DNA from: Eledone cirrhosa
Lineage: Eukaryota
Length of the DNA stretch: 64,000 nucleotides
Direction: 5' to 3'
Assembly (NCBI GenBank): GCA_964016885.1
Contig: OZ024742.1
Span: forward strand, 182,776,001-182,840,000
Made by a program: the position numbers and the translations under genes. Below, in pieces: positions 39,331 through 53,800 of the stretch. The notes beneath the pieces were generated by a model. It saw only the letters and a program-made list of their open reading frames with translations, ran no database searches and was not told where the DNA came from. Position 1 is the stretch's first letter. Each line of letters opens with the position of its first letter.

Positions 39331-42300
39331 GTTTCTCTTTATTTGCCACGAGGGCACAAAAGAAGGAGACAAATACAAGGGTGGAGTTTACATAAAGAAA
39401 CGAGTAAAAAAAAAAATAACAAATATAAAATTAACAATACAGTCCGCAATAGGGAGGAGGCGTTTTGGAGTATACACACACCCCCGAAAAAGTGTGTAAC
39501 CCTTTTCCTTAGGAGCACAGAGAGGGGGTGTTCCTTTGCACTTCCACCTTTCCACCTACAGGCTGATAAAGAGAGAAGGCCCATTCACACGAGCTATTCT
39601 CGTTATTTTCACCCATCTTTCATAAAACTTGCTAGGGTAGAGCACCTCTCTCTCCATTCTGATCCTTCTCTTAAAATGGTATTTAAAGAAAAGGACCAGT
39701 TGTTGGCCGGAGAGAAAGGTGTCCGACCTCAGCCCTTTCAAACGTGTCCACCATACCACCTCTTTCACCATGTCTATTACACAGAGGAAGACCACCTCTC
39801 CTTCATTTTTGAAGGGGGGAGGCGGCTTGATCGTTACAATGGACTCAGTGGTCAACCGGATTGGTCCCACCCGTGACAGCAGTCGTTCGACATAGCCCCA
39901 CAGATCAGCAACGCCCGAGCAGTGTACCAATGCGTGCGCAACGGTTTCCTCGTCGCGCACGCATCTGGGACAGATTTTTTTCGAGGGGTCCTTACCCGGG
40001 CGCCCGTGTCTGTAGAGCTTTTCTCCAACAGGCAGCGGCCCTCGGTAGCACTGCCAGGCCAGGGACTTCTGGAAGTTGTCCATAGGTCCCGGGCCAAATG
40101 TCCTCCCGAATAGGCTGGCCAGTTCGTCTTCCTCCATGCCTAGGGCGTCGTCGCACCTACTAACCACCAGCCCTCTATAGAATGACGAGGTGGAGTCTCC
40201 ACCGATAGCCGGGTCCGCCTTCCAGAGAGCCGTGAGCGCCTGAGCACATTCGGTATGCCAGGCGCCCAGTTTTCTCGGTCTTTGCTTGACCCAGGACTGT
40301 AGTTCGGTGAGCGAGATAGGTCTCGGAAAGGCTCGCCTCACAAACGGGGCCCACACCGGTTGACCGGTGAGGAATACCTGGAGGTGCCGTAGCCTTAATG
40401 CGTGTTTACGCATCAACAGCCACGGCATCCCCAGCCCCCCTTTCGAATGGCGTTGACAGCAGATGGATCTCCTCACCAAAGGGCCCGCTTCTTCCAAAGC
40501 AATTGGAAGAGTGCGCGCTCCATTTTGGTGAGCGTTTCCCTTGGGCATGGCACGACGGTCAGGCGGTAATAGATGACGGACGCTATATAAGCGTTCGCCA
40601 CCTCTGCCCGACCTTTCAGGGATAGTTTGGATTCAGCCCACTTCCGCATCAGCGCAAACACCCTGTTCGATACCTCACCCCAGTTCTTCTCCACCTGGAG
40701 GTCTGGCCCGAACCAGACCCCGAGCCACTTCACCGGGCCCTCCGTCCAACGTCCGACGACGCCGTTGGAGGCCATCGATTTTCCCCTTCCCTCGCCGAGT
40801 TGCAAACCGACTGACTTGGCCCCTGTAAAAGTTTCGTATTCCTCCAGTAAGGTGCCGATCACTCCAATTTCCGAGGCGGTTGACACCATTACTGTCACGT
40901 CATCGGTGTAGGCCGACACCGCTTTCCGCAATCCCGGTTCCAAAGGGATGCCCTGTAACAACTCCAACTTCCGCAGCAGTGGCTCTAGGGCCAATACATA
41001 CAGAAGGGAGGAGAGAGGGCATCCCTGTCGGATGGACCGCGTGATTTCGAACGGCTCCGAGAGGTAGCCGTTCATCTTGACCCTAGAGCAAATGCGGCTG
41101 CCCTGCATGGCAGTGATCCAGCCCCTGAAAACGGGTCCGAAACCTGCCGCCACTAGCACCGCATCCAGGTAACGATGGTCGACCCTATCGAACGCTTTAG
41201 ATTGATCCAAGTTGATCAGGGCCCGCCCCACCAAAGCCGGGTTTGTTCCCAACCCTCTCTATGATGTATCGCATGAGATGGAGGTTGTCGTGAATGGACC
41301 TGGACGGGATTGCGCATGTCTGCGCTTCTCCCACCAGGTTTCCCACGACAAGCGCCAACCTCTTTGCTAACACCTTGGCCAAAATCTTTAACTCTGCATT
41401 TAGCAGTGTTATGGGCCCAAAATTACTTATTTCATCCCCCTTGTTCTCGTCCATCCTCACTAGCGAGACTACGAGGAGATCGAAGAACAAGACCGGCATA
41501 CTTAAATACAGTTCGTATGGAAGACCATCGAGGCCCGGAGATTTTCGTCTGCCGCATTGGCTCAGCACGTCCCCTATTTCAGCAGCTGAGATCGGCCTCT
41601 CGCAGGACTTCGACTCCTCGGCCGAAAGACGCGGCAGGCCGTCGAGGTATGGACCGAGGTCCACATCCCCATCCGGCCCCTCGTCCCTTCCGAACAATCT
41701 AGCAAAGTGTCTTTGAAAGGCCTCGCACATCTGCTTAGGTTCAAGGATCACCCGTCTATCCTGGTCTCGCAAAGACCGGATAGTGGATCTAGTCCCACTT
41801 TTGGCTTCTGTCACGCGAGCCCAGATAACAGCTCTGGTCCCCTCGTTTCCCAGAGCACGTATTTTGCTTCGAACAACGCAGCCTTCGTGTTTCGCGTCGA
41901 AGAACTGGCCCAAGGCCGTTCTCGACGCTAGCACTCTGGCTACGTCGCCACTTCTAATTGACTCTTCTACACTATCTACAAACTCCCTTTCCTTCCTATT
42001 TCTATCTGAGGCTAACTCCTTACTAACTCCTATTGAAGCTACTCTAATCTCTCTTTTGAGAGAGCCCCACCACCTGCTGTTGACAATAGCACCCGTCAAC
42101 CGCTCCTTAACTAATGTACTAATCCGGTTCCTGTAAGCTTTACTTGCCGGTAAGGACAAGTTGAGCTTCCAGTGACCGGGTCCCTGTTTATGCATTCTAT
42201 CAAGGTTGACCATGGAGGTCACTAACTTGTGGTCTGAATAGCCAACCATGAGCATTTTTGGACAACTTAAAAAGTCCCTATCCTTATTTCTAACTAAGAA

Positions 42301-45004
42301 CCTATCTAGGTACGATCTAGATTGACCGCTGTGGTTTCTCCAAGTCCAGGTTGACACAGTCGGAAAATCTAGTCGATATCTATCGGCCAGTTCGAATCGG
42401 CCGATTAACACCTTGAGGCTGTTACAACCCCTCTATCAGGACATGCCCTACATAGTCCCAACGTGCATCTAGGACCCCATTCCAGTCCCCCACTAAAAGC
42501 AAGGAGCGGGACGTCCCTAGAAATGTCTCCAGACGATGGAAGAAGTCCGGTCGCGTTAACCCAAAAGGGCCGTATACGGCGACTAGCCTAAAAGCTCCGC
42601 CTTCACCACTGCCAATGTCCAGAACCACTAGTCGACCCTCCGGGTCCAAGTGTACCGTCTGTGTAGCGAGACCCAGATGTTTTTGCAACAGAACGACAAC
42701 CTCACCCCCACCTCCGGGCTGACAGAGAGATGCGTGTATCTCAAAGTCATCAAAGGTGAGGGCCAGCTATCGCACGCTGCTGATCCGGGCCTCGCAAATA
42801 CCCATCACATTTATACATCGTGACCTGAAGTCATTTAGAAGCATTGCTTGCTTCCAAGGTGAGCCCAGGCCACGCGCATTTAGACAACCTATTCTCAACA
42901 CAGCCATGTTGGTGGTAAAGAGAAAAGGCACTTACCTCTCTGCGTCCCGGGTACCGGGCTGCACAATTTCCGTGGGGGTGGGTTGTTGGGGGGTGGAAGT
43001 GTAGGGGCATCAGTGTTTGGTGGGGTTGGGTGATTGGAGTTGTGTGGGTTTCTGGGGGGGGGGGATTTTTAGGAGGACACGGATAATGGGTCTGAAGCAG
43101 GGGGGCCTCACGTCCTCTTTAAAAGTGTCTTTTAACGTTTTGTAAATGTCCATTGGGGCTTTTATCATTTTTAGATGGGGAAGCCCCGTTGCTTGTGCGA
43201 AATTCGAACCTTAGGTTTTTATTAAGTTGTTATTATAAATAACGTTTTTGTATTTAAGTAAGTATATGCAATTTTTTTCTTTTTGCGTGATGTTTTTTGT
43301 TTGCTGTTGTTGTGGTTTTTTTGTGTTGATGTCTGTGTTATGTCTTGGGGAGGGGTTGTTTGTATGTGTTCTTGTGGTGTGTTTTCTTTTTTTTCTTTTA
43401 ACCTTATGAAAGTGTTCCCCTCCCCTCCCTCTCGTCTGACGACGAAATGGGGTCGTCTTCCGTATTCGAGGGAAGGGGGTTTATTTTCGGCTCGTGTCTG
43501 TGGTGTGGGTGTTATTGTATTTGTTTTCTGTGTGTGTGTGGGGGGGGGGAGTTCAGTTGTGTTTTAACTTGTGGTGTTAGTTGTTTTTGTGGTGGTGGTG
43601 GAGGTTGTGTTGTTAGTGTTGTAGTTGTTGGTGTGGGCAAAATCGGTGTTTTTTTGTTTGCTTGGGAACAGGCAGCCCTCAGGTGACCTCTGCCACCACA
43701 GAGGTAACAAGCGGGTCGTCTACCCTCCACTGTGATGTGTAAGTAGGCAAGCCCATCCAGGAACATTCGGTCGGGGATCCTAGCAATTCGTTCTGGCTGC
43801 ATTTGCACCAGAACTTGCAGGTTAGTTCCACCGAACACGTTGCTAGAAGACTTACCTACCGAAATTACTGCATCCTCTTTCAAGTCGAGGAGGCCACACA
43901 GTACCGCTCAGAAATCAATATCTGGATCGATACTGTGTATAGTCAATCTTTGTGTTTTTCTTCCCTAATAAGTGGGGAAGAAGGTAAATAAGGGGGACAC
44001 AATTGGGGCCAGGGAATGTTTTTCGGCCGTCAATTTATCTTTCATTCGGATGGATAGACTACCGTAGAGTCTATCCTTCCGAATTAATACAATGTTTTTC
44101 AGATGATCTTTTAACGCCAGTTCAATCTCTGTCTGTGTGAGTTGTACTGGCTTACGGGTTTTGTTGGATATTGTCCTATAAATAATAGTTTTTAAGCTAT
44201 TTTCCTTTTTTAGCTCTGGGGGAGAATTTAAAGAAAATAGACCATTCTCCTCCAAAGTTATATACTTCCGTGCATTTTCCATTTTCTGGGCCATGTTCGA
44301 AATGTCAATAGGTTCGGACACGATAGTTTTTTTTATGCTTTGCGCGAACGTCATTTTGTTCGCCCCTCTCTGTTTACATTTGTCGAAATGTGGTTTTCTT
44401 GCTTTTTGTTGTTACAATTTTCATTTTTTGTTGTGTTTGTGTTATTTATGTTGGTGTATGCGTTCACATTTTTTTCCCCGTTGGGGTTAGACTCCATTTT
44501 TTCAAAATGTTCACTTATACTTTCAGTATCCGAGAGACTTGTAGTTACAGCTACTCGTTGTCTTTCAGCTTTGCTGGTGGGCGTGGCGCTGTGAAAAGTC
44601 GAAACGGCATCCAGTCATTTTGGCAATTTCTCCGAGTCAATTTTTTTCACATTTTTTTCATTAGGGTTAGGTTCCATTTTTTCAATGTTTCTAATAATTA
44701 TTATTCTTTCAGTAGGGAGGCTTGTTGCCTCCGCTACCCGCCCTCCTTCAGTTTGTGTAGTGGGCGTGTCATCGTTACCTGTGGTAATGGCTTCCATTAC
44801 CACTAGCGTAGAGACAATTACAAGATTTTTAAGATGAAAAATTTCACCCCAAAAGGGGTGAAATAAATTAACCCTAATGTCCGAAGACCCAGGCAAGGGG
44901 GTTAATTAACACAATAACGCAAGAATACAGACAAACACTTACTGTTAACACGTAATATCTCCAATACTTGAGGAGCCGATGTGAAGAACGTCTATACCAT
45001 CCGG
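39330..45004 (-). mobile_element. Tx1-clade LINE copy B (divergent subfamily)
   Basis: ORF1 with CYLCGGRGHLRAAC; ORF2 42907-39556 with DQSKAFDRV, RQGCPLS, YTDD, CPRC. Confidence 0.92.
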
Positions 45005-45024
45005 AGATAGATAGATAGATAGAT

Positions 45025-48000
45025 ATCTTTCTTTATTTGCCACAGGGACGTACAAAAATGGGACATTACAAGACGTGAAGGCGGGGGTTTTACATAAAAT
45101 CTTTAACAATGATAAATAACAATAAACTATATAAAAATAAAACAATTGAAATCCCCATTAGGTGGGGGTAACGTTACTGTGGGGTTGTTTTACATCCCGT
45201 GGATAGAACAACCCTCAACACCAGGAACACGTTTTGTAGGTGTTCCCGTCTTCCCTCTATTTATCTTCGTCAACCTACAGGTTTATATACAGAGAAGGCC
45301 CATTCACTCGGGCCATTTTCGCCACATTCACCCACCTTTCAGCGAATTTACTGGGGTGTAGCACCTCTCTCTCTCCACTCTCACCTTCCTTCTGAAGTGG
45401 TACTTAAAGAAGGGGATGAGTTGTTGTCTGGAGAGAAACGTGCTCCCCTCAATCCTTTTAACCTCGTCCACCATATTACCTCTTTCGCCATAGCAACCAG
45501 ACAGAGGAAGACCGCCTCTCCTTCATTCTTAAATGAAGGCGGCGGGTTGATCATCACGATGGACTCGGCTGACAACTGGATGCATTCTACAAGTGACAAG
45601 CTGTTCGACATAATTCCACAGGCCGGTCACCCCTGGGCACTGAATAATTGCGTGCAGAACTGTTTCGATGTCCTGCTCGCATCTTGGACAGGTCCTTTTG
45701 GCAGGATCTCTGCCAGGGCGTCCGTGCCTGTAGATTTTGTCTCGAACTGGTAGAGCTCCTCGGTAGCACTGCCAGGCCAGAGACCTCTGGAAGTTATCTA
45801 TAGGCCCTGGCCGGAAAGTCCTCCCGAACAGTTCGTCTTCCTCGATGCCTAGAGTTTCCCCGAGAACGTCGTCGCACTTATCCTCCACTAATCCCCTATA
45901 GAATGTCGAAGTGGAGTCGCCGCTGATTGCCGTTTCCGTTTGGTAGAGGGCTGTGTGTGTCTGAAGGCACTCGAGGTGCCAGGCGCCCATTTTCGGTCTT
46001 CGCTTGACCCAGGACTGCAGCTCTGTTAGTGAGACGAGTTGTGGAAGAGCTCGTCTCACAAACGACACCCACACCGGTTCGCCGGTCAGGAACACCTGGA
46101 GATGGCGTAGCCCTCCGTTAGAAGGGTGTTGACAGCAGATGGATCTCCTCACCAATGGAGCCTGTTTCTTCCAGAGAAACTTGAAGAGTAGGCGTTCCAT
46201 TTTGGTGAGGTATTCGACTGTCAAGCGGTAGTAGATGACGGACGCTATGTAACTGTTCGCCACCTCCGCTCGACCTTTCCATGAGAGTTTGCACTCAGCC
46301 CACTTCTGGGTGAGTGCAAACACCTTCGCCGTGACCTCGTTCCAGTTCTTGTCCACCTGGAGGTCTGGACCAAACCAGACCCGAGCAATTTCACCGGTCC
46401 TTCCGTCCAGCGTCCAACGACACTGTCGGAAGGCATAGGTTTGCCCATCCATGTGCCGAGTTGCAAACCGACAGACTTGTTTGGGTTTAGTCTTGCTCCT
46501 GTCAACGTTTCTTATTCCTGTAATAGGTTGCCGATTACTCCGATGTCCGAGGTTTTCGACACCATTACGGTTATGTCGTCGGCATAGGCTGACGTTGCTT
46601 TCCGCAGTACTGGTTCAATCGGGATGCCCTGCAACAGCTCCAACTTCCGCAGTAATGGCTCGAGAGTCAGTACGTACAGAATGGAAGAGAGAGGGCACCC
46701 CTGACGGATGGAACGCATGATTTGGAATGGCTCCGATAGGTAGCCATTCACCTTGACTGCCGAGCAGATGCTGGTGTGCATGGCAGCGATCGAGTCTCTG
46801 AAGACGGGACCGAAGCCGGCCGCCTTGAAAACCGCTTCCAAGTATTGATGGTCGACCCTATCAAATGCCTTAGACTGATCTAAATTGATCAGAGCCGAAC
46901 CGAAGCCAGGTTTACACCCTACCCTCTCTATGATGTATCGCATGAGGTGGAGATTGTCGTGTATGGACCTGGTCGGGTTTTGCGCTTCCCCTACCAGATT
47001 CTCGACGACAAGTGCAAGCCTTGCTGCTAACACCTTTGCCAACATCTTTAACTCTGTGTTGAGCAGAGTTATGGGCCTGAAATTGCTTATCTCATCCCCC
47101 TTGTTCTCGTATTTCATGATCAGCGTTACTACGCCACTGCCTACAGAACTGGAAATACTCCCGTTCTGCTGCCAGTTGCAGTAGACCGGTTCGAAGACGC
47201 CAGAGAACAAATCTGGCATGCCTATGTAAAACTCAAAGGGTAGACCATCTAAACCGGGTGATTTGCGTTTCCCACAGCGGCTTAGGGCATCTTCTATTTC
47301 ACCCGCTGTGATCGGCCTTTCGCAGCTCTCCGCATCCGTGTTCGAGAGTCGTGGTACGCCGTCGAGGTAGGAACTGAAGTCCATCACCTCCCTTGACGTA
47401 CCGCTTTGCCCGAACAGTTGTGCAAAATGCTGCTGGAAGGCCGTGCACATCTGCTTGGATTCAAGTAGAATGCGTCCATCATTGTCTTGCAAGGACTGAA
47501 TTGTGGATTTGTAGCCACTTTTCGCCTCTGCCACTCGAGCCCAGCAACAGCTTTGTGTCCCTCGTTTTTTAGAGCACGTGTTCTACTTCTGACAATACAA
47601 CCTTCGTGTTTCACATTGAAGAACTGGTCTATTGCCGTTCTCACCGCTAGCACGTCAGCTGTACTGCCATTCCTAAGGGCGTCTTCTACGTTAGCTACCA
47701 GTTGCTTTTTGGTTTTTTTTTTTTTTCTCTAAAGCTACTTCCTTGCTAAATGCTATCGATTCTATTCTAAATGCTATCTTGAGAGAACTCCACCACCTGT
47801 TGTTGACGATCGCCCTCGTCAACTGGCATTTAACTAAGGTGCTAATCCGTTTACTGTAGGCCTTACGCGCCGGAAGCGACATGTTTAGCTTCCAGTATCC
47901 GGGTCTCTGTGTATGTATTCTATCAAAGTTGACTACGCAGGTGAGTAATTTGTGGTCTGAAAAGGCAACCATGTGCATTTGTGGACAGCTTAATGTTTCA

Positions 48001-50774
48001 TTATCTTTCTGTCTAATTAAAAATCTATCTAAATACGATCTAGAAGACCCAGTGCGGTTGCTCCACGTCCACAGTCGTACACTTGGGAAGTCTAGTCGAT
48101 ATCTATCAGACAGTTGGAATTGGTTGATGAGATTGTTGAGGCTATTACACCCCCCTCTATTATCAGAAGTTCCTACATAGTCACAACGTGAATCTAAGAT
48201 GCCATTCCAGTCCCCCACTAACACTTAGGAGCGAGGCGTTCCCAGGAATGGCTCCAGACGCTTGAAGAACTCTGGTCGCGATGTCCCAGTCGGGGCATAT
48301 ACGGCCACCAATCTGAAATCTCCACCTTCACTACCATTCACGTCCAGGACCACCAAGCTGCCCTCCGGGTCCAAGTGAATCGTTTGTGCTTTGAGATCCA
48401 AGTTTTTTCGAAACAGAACAGCAACTCCCCCTCCACCTTCTGGCTGACAGAAAGATGCGTAGATCTCAAAGTCATCAAACATGGGTGTTAGCTGCTGCCT
48501 GTCGTGAATCCTGGACTTGGTGATGACTATCACATCTATACAATGTGACCTGAGATCATTTAAAAGCTGGCCCTGTTTCCAGGGCATGCTCAGGCCACGT
48601 ACATTCAAACATCCAACTTGTCGCCAACTATTCGCCATGTTCGTGAAGAAGAGTTAGGGAGAGAAAAGGCAGGAACACTTACCTTTTCGTTTCCTGGAGA
48701 TCGGGTTGTTCGATCTCCATGTCCAAATTGGGGGTGTTTGGGGAGGGAGGGAATCCTTTTAGCAGGACACGGTTAAGGGTTTTTTGGCAAGGGGGGCCCA
48801 CATCAAGTGGGAAGGTCACTTTCAATGTTTCATGTTGTAGGGTTGTTACCCTGATCAGTTTGAGGTTTGGGGGTGGGTCGTTTGTGGGGAAGGTTTTCCC
48901 TTCCGTTTGGATAGTAGGGTCCTTTCGGACAGTTTCTACCAATTCTTTGTTTGTTGTTTTTATGTATGTGTAATGTGTTTTGTTTTTTATGTGTGCTGTT
49001 TCTGTTTGTAGTTTTCTTTTTGTAGTTGGGGTTTGTGATTGTGGTGGTGGGGTGTTTGTTTTGTTGGTGAAGTGTTTGGTTGTGTTGGTGGTGATTGTGT
49101 TGTTGGTGTGTTTGTCGTTTGTGGCGGTGTGTTTATGGTGGAGTTGGGTGTGTGCGTGTTTTCTGTAGATGTTTTTGTTTTAGTGTTTTTTTTCTCTTTT
49201 TTGTTTTTTGGATTTTGGGGTTCCTCTTCATTCTCACTTGGAGATGTAGAGGTTCCCGTGTCTGAGACTTCTGAATCAGGGGTAGATGGGAGGAGTATGT
49301 TGTGTGGTGGAGTGTCTATGCAGGTGTTTGTGGAAGTATTTGACAGGGAGGGAGGAGGCAATGGAGGGTTTTTCAGTGGGATTTTGTGTGTGTGGTTGTC
49401 TCTGGTCTGTGGTGGTGTGGGAGTGAATGTTGAAGGTTTTTGTGTTGTGTTTGGTTTGGGGTGTTGATGTTGGGGTTTTGGTGTTGGTAATAGCACCTTG
49501 TTTGTCCTCGGTTTGTTTAAGAGAGGGCAACAGGCCTTTAAGTGTGTGGTTTTCCCACACTTATTGCACTGAGGTCTTTTCCCCTCCACTAAAATGGAGA
49601 TGACATCTTCCTCAAGGACGATCCTGTCCGGGATTTTCTCAACTCTCTCTGGCCTCATTTGTACCAGAACCTCGATGCAGGTTCCAAACCAGTTATTCCG
49701 GTCTGTTCTGTCTACAGATAGGAGGGTGTCCTCATTCTTCTTCAGGATGCAGCGTAGGATCCACCATATGTTGACCTCTGCTGAGATCCTGGTTATTTTT
49801 ATTTTGTATGATCTTCTTCCCATGTATGTGGGGAAGATGTGTTGATCCGTTTTTATTGGGTGAACCGAGTGTTTTTGAGCCAGAGTTTCACTCTTAAAGA
49901 GCACTGGTACACTTCCATACTGTTTAGCTCTTTGGAGGAATGCCACATCTGGCTTGATATCTTTTAGTGCAGCTTCAATAGTGCTTGTTGGGAGCGTTAT
50001 GGGTTTTTTGGTAGTGATGTCAACTGTTCTATAAATTAGTTTCTTTTTCTGTGTCATCTCTCTTACTTGTGGGGGTATGTGTATGTGTGGGGTGTCTCCC
50101 ACAAACGTCACATAGTTGGAAGCTTCTTCCAAATATTGGGACTTTAGGGAAATGTCCATGGGGTAATATTTAGAATCCTGTTGCTTAGCAACGGTTGCTG
50201 CAAATGAAGTTTTGTTATTGTTGTTGGTGGTGGTGATGATGGTCTCATTCGTTGTGTTGCCGCTGATTCCTTTTGTTGTATTGTTGTTGTTCTCACTTAT
50301 TGTGTTGTTGTTGTTGTTGCTTGTGGTGGTGTTTTATATTTGCTACACATTCTTCCTTCTGTGTGTGGGTACATGTGACGTTTGTGACGTCAGGCGTGTT
50401 CAGTTGCTTACAAGCAGCTGAAGCTTGTTCCTCTTCTAAATGTTGAGGCAATAATGTTGGCATTCCTTTGTCCATGTCTGCTACTACCTGCTGGTCAAGT
50501 AGGCATGGCTTTCCCTTCCCATCTTGTATTGACAAAGAAGTAGGTGCCTTGCTTCGGCCATTTTTTTTAAATTGAAGTGTTTTGCAAAAATATTTTCGAA
50601 AATATGTTGGATGTTTTTGCCCTGAGGGGCACGATATCGTGGGAGGCTGACCAGAACAAAATTTGACCTGTCAGTCCCTCTACAAATTGGTACAAAAATA
50701 AAAGTTCACAATGACGAATTTCTAAAAAATTTAAACAAAGCTTACCGAGCAAGTTTAACACATGTGTCCATCCC

Positions 50775-50775
<1 letters not shown>
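45025..50775 (-). mobile_element. Tx1-clade LINE copy C (third subfamily)
   Basis: ORF1 with CNKCGKTTHLKACC; ORF2 48638 to about 45275 with YADD. Confidence 0.92.
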
Positions 50776-50811
<36 letters not shown>

Positions 50812-50870
50812 TAGATAGATAGATAGATAGATACATAGATATATAGATAGATAGATAGATAGATAGATAG

Positions 50871-53800
50871 ATTTCTGTATTAGCCACAAGGGCACAAAAG
50901 AAGGGGACAAATACAAATGGGGAGTTTACATGCAGGTATATGAAAATAAAACTATTAATAAAATAACAAATAACAATTGAAATCCCCAATAGGTGGGAGG
51001 CGTTACACAGGGGTTGTACACACCCCGAAAAAATGTACAACCCTCATCTCCAGGAGCACCAAGAGTTAGTACTCCCTTCCTCTCTTCCTCTTTTTCCTCA
51101 ACCTACAGGTTTATATAGAGAGAAGGCCCATTCACTCGGGCCATTCTCGCCACTTTCACCCACCTTTCATAAAACTTGCTGGGGTACAACACCTCTCTCT
51201 CCATCCTGATTCTTCTTCCAAAATGATATTTGAAAAAACGAATCAGTTGTTCGCCGGAGAGAAAGGTGTCTGACCTCAGCCCTTTTAACCTCGTCCACCA
51301 TATAACCTCTTTCACCATGGCCATAACACATAGGAAAACCGCCTCTCCCTCGTTTTTGAAAGAGGGTGGCGGTTTGATCATGACAATGGACTCGGTGGTC
51401 AACTGGATTGGTTCCACCCGCGACAATAGTCGTTCTACATAGCCCCACAGGTCGGTAACGCCCGAGCAGTGTACAAATACGTGCGCTACGGTTTCCTCGT
51501 CGCGCACGCATCTCGGACAGATCTTTTTCGAAGGGTCCCTGCCCGGGCGCCCGTGTCTGTAGAGTTTGTCTCGAACTGGTAGAGCTCCTCGGTAGCACTG
51601 CCAGGCCAGGGACTTTTGGAAGTTGTCCATCGGTCCCGGGCGGAAGGTCCTACCGAACAAACTGGCCAGTTCGTCCTCCTCTACACCTAGTGTTTCTCCG
51701 AGCGCGTCGTCGCACTTTCTGCGGACCAACCCTCTATAGAATGACGAAGTGGGTGTCTCTACTGATTGCCGGGTCCGTTTGCCAGAGGGCTGTGAGCGCC
51801 TGAACACGTTCGATGTGCCAGTCGCCCATTTTCCTCGGTCTTTGCTTGACACAGGACTGCAGCTCGGTCAGCGAAACGAGTCGTGGGAAGGCTCTCCTGA
51901 CGAATGGGGCCCACACCGGTTGTCAGGTTAGGAATACGTGGAGGTGCCGAAGCCTGAGTGCGTGTTTGCGTATCGTCAGCCACGGCATCCCCAACCCACC
52001 GTTTGAAGGGTGTTGGCAGCAGATGGATCTTCTCACCAAAGGAGCCCATTTCTTCCAAAGGAATTGGAAGAGCGCGCGCTCCATTTTGGTGAGCGTTTTG
52101 GCTGGACAAGGCACGACGGTCAAGCGGTAGTAGATGACGGACGCTATAACAGTGTTCGCCACCTCCGCTCGACCTTTCAAGGATAGTTTGCACTCGTCCC
52201 ATTTCTGGGTGAGCGCAAACACCATGGCCGTCACCTCGTTCCACTTCTTCTCCACCTGGAGGTCCGGACCAAACCAGACCCCGAGCAGCTTTACCGGTCC
52301 TTCCGTCCAGCGTCCGACGATGCCACCGGAAGGCATCGGTTTGCCTCTCCACGTTCCTGTGAACCTTTCGTATTCCTCCAGTAATGTGCCGACCTCTCCG
52401 ATTTGCGAGGTGCTCGACACCATTACTGTTACGTCGTCGGCGTAGGCGGACGACGCTTTTCGCAGTCCCGGTTCTAAAGGGATGCCCTGCAATAGCTCCA
52501 ACGTCCGCAGAGTCAGTACGTACAGAAGTGAGGAGAGAAGGCATCCCTGTCGGATGGATCGCGTGATATGGAACGGCTCCGAGAGGTAGCCGTTCACCTT
52601 GACCCTTGAGCAGATATTGCTGCTGTGCATTGCAGCAATCCAGCCCCTGAACACGGGTCCGAAGCCTGCCGCCTCGAGCACCGTATCCAGGTAATGATGG
52701 TCAACTCTATCGAAAGCCTTAGACTGATCCAAGTTGATCAGGGCCCCATCGAAGCTGGCTTTACACCCTACCCTCTCTATGATGTATCGCATGAGGAGGA
52801 TGTTGTCATGTATAGACCTGGTCGGGATTGCGCATGTCTGCACCTCTCCCTCCAGGTTTTCGACGACAAGCGTCAGCATCTTTACCAACACCATGGCCAA
52901 AATCTGTAACTCTGTGTTTAGCAGAGTTATGGGCCGGAAGTTCCTATGTCATCGCCCTTATTCTCGTCCTTCCTGACTAACGTAACTACGCCCTTGGTCA
53001 CAGAACTGGGAATTCTCCTGTTTTGGCTGCCAATTGCAGTAGACCACTTCCAGGATACCGGAGAACAAGTCCGGCATTGCTACGTAAAATTGGTAGGGTA
53101 GACCGTCGAGACCTGGAGATTTGCGTTTGCCGCATTGGCTCAGCGCGTCCCCTATCTCAGTGGCCGAAATCGGCCTTTCGCAGAACTTCGCCTCCATGTC
53201 CGAGAGTCGCGGTAGACCGTCGAGATATGGACTGAAATCCATAGTCTCTCCCCGCGCGCCGCCCTGCCCGAACAGCTGAGCAAAGTGCCGCTGAAAAGCC
53301 GCGCACATCTGCTTCGGCTCACGTATCACGCGTCCGTCTTGGTCTTTCAAAGACCGAATCGAGGACTTGTTGCCACTTTACGCCTCCGTCACTCGGGCCC
53401 AGCTAACAGCTTTGGCTCCCTCTTTTCGCAGAGCACGTATTTTGCTCCTGACAACGCAGCCTTCGTGCTTTGCGTCGAAGAACTGGTCCAAGGCCATTCT
53501 CGTCGCTAGCACGCTGGCTACGTTGCCACTCCTAAGTGCCTCTTCTACTTTATCTATCATTTCCTTTTCGGTCTTATTTCTATCTAACATTAATTCTTTA
53601 CTAAAACCTATCGAGTCTAATCTAACTTGAGAGAGAACCACCATCTGTTGTTGACAATGGTCCCCGTCAAATGCTGCTTAACTAGAGTGCTAATCCGTCT
53701 ACTGTAGGCTTTGCATGTCGGTAACGACAAGTTCAGCTTCCAGTAGCCGGGTCCCTGTCTATGGGTTTTATCAAGGTTGGCTAAGCAAGTCACTAGTTTG

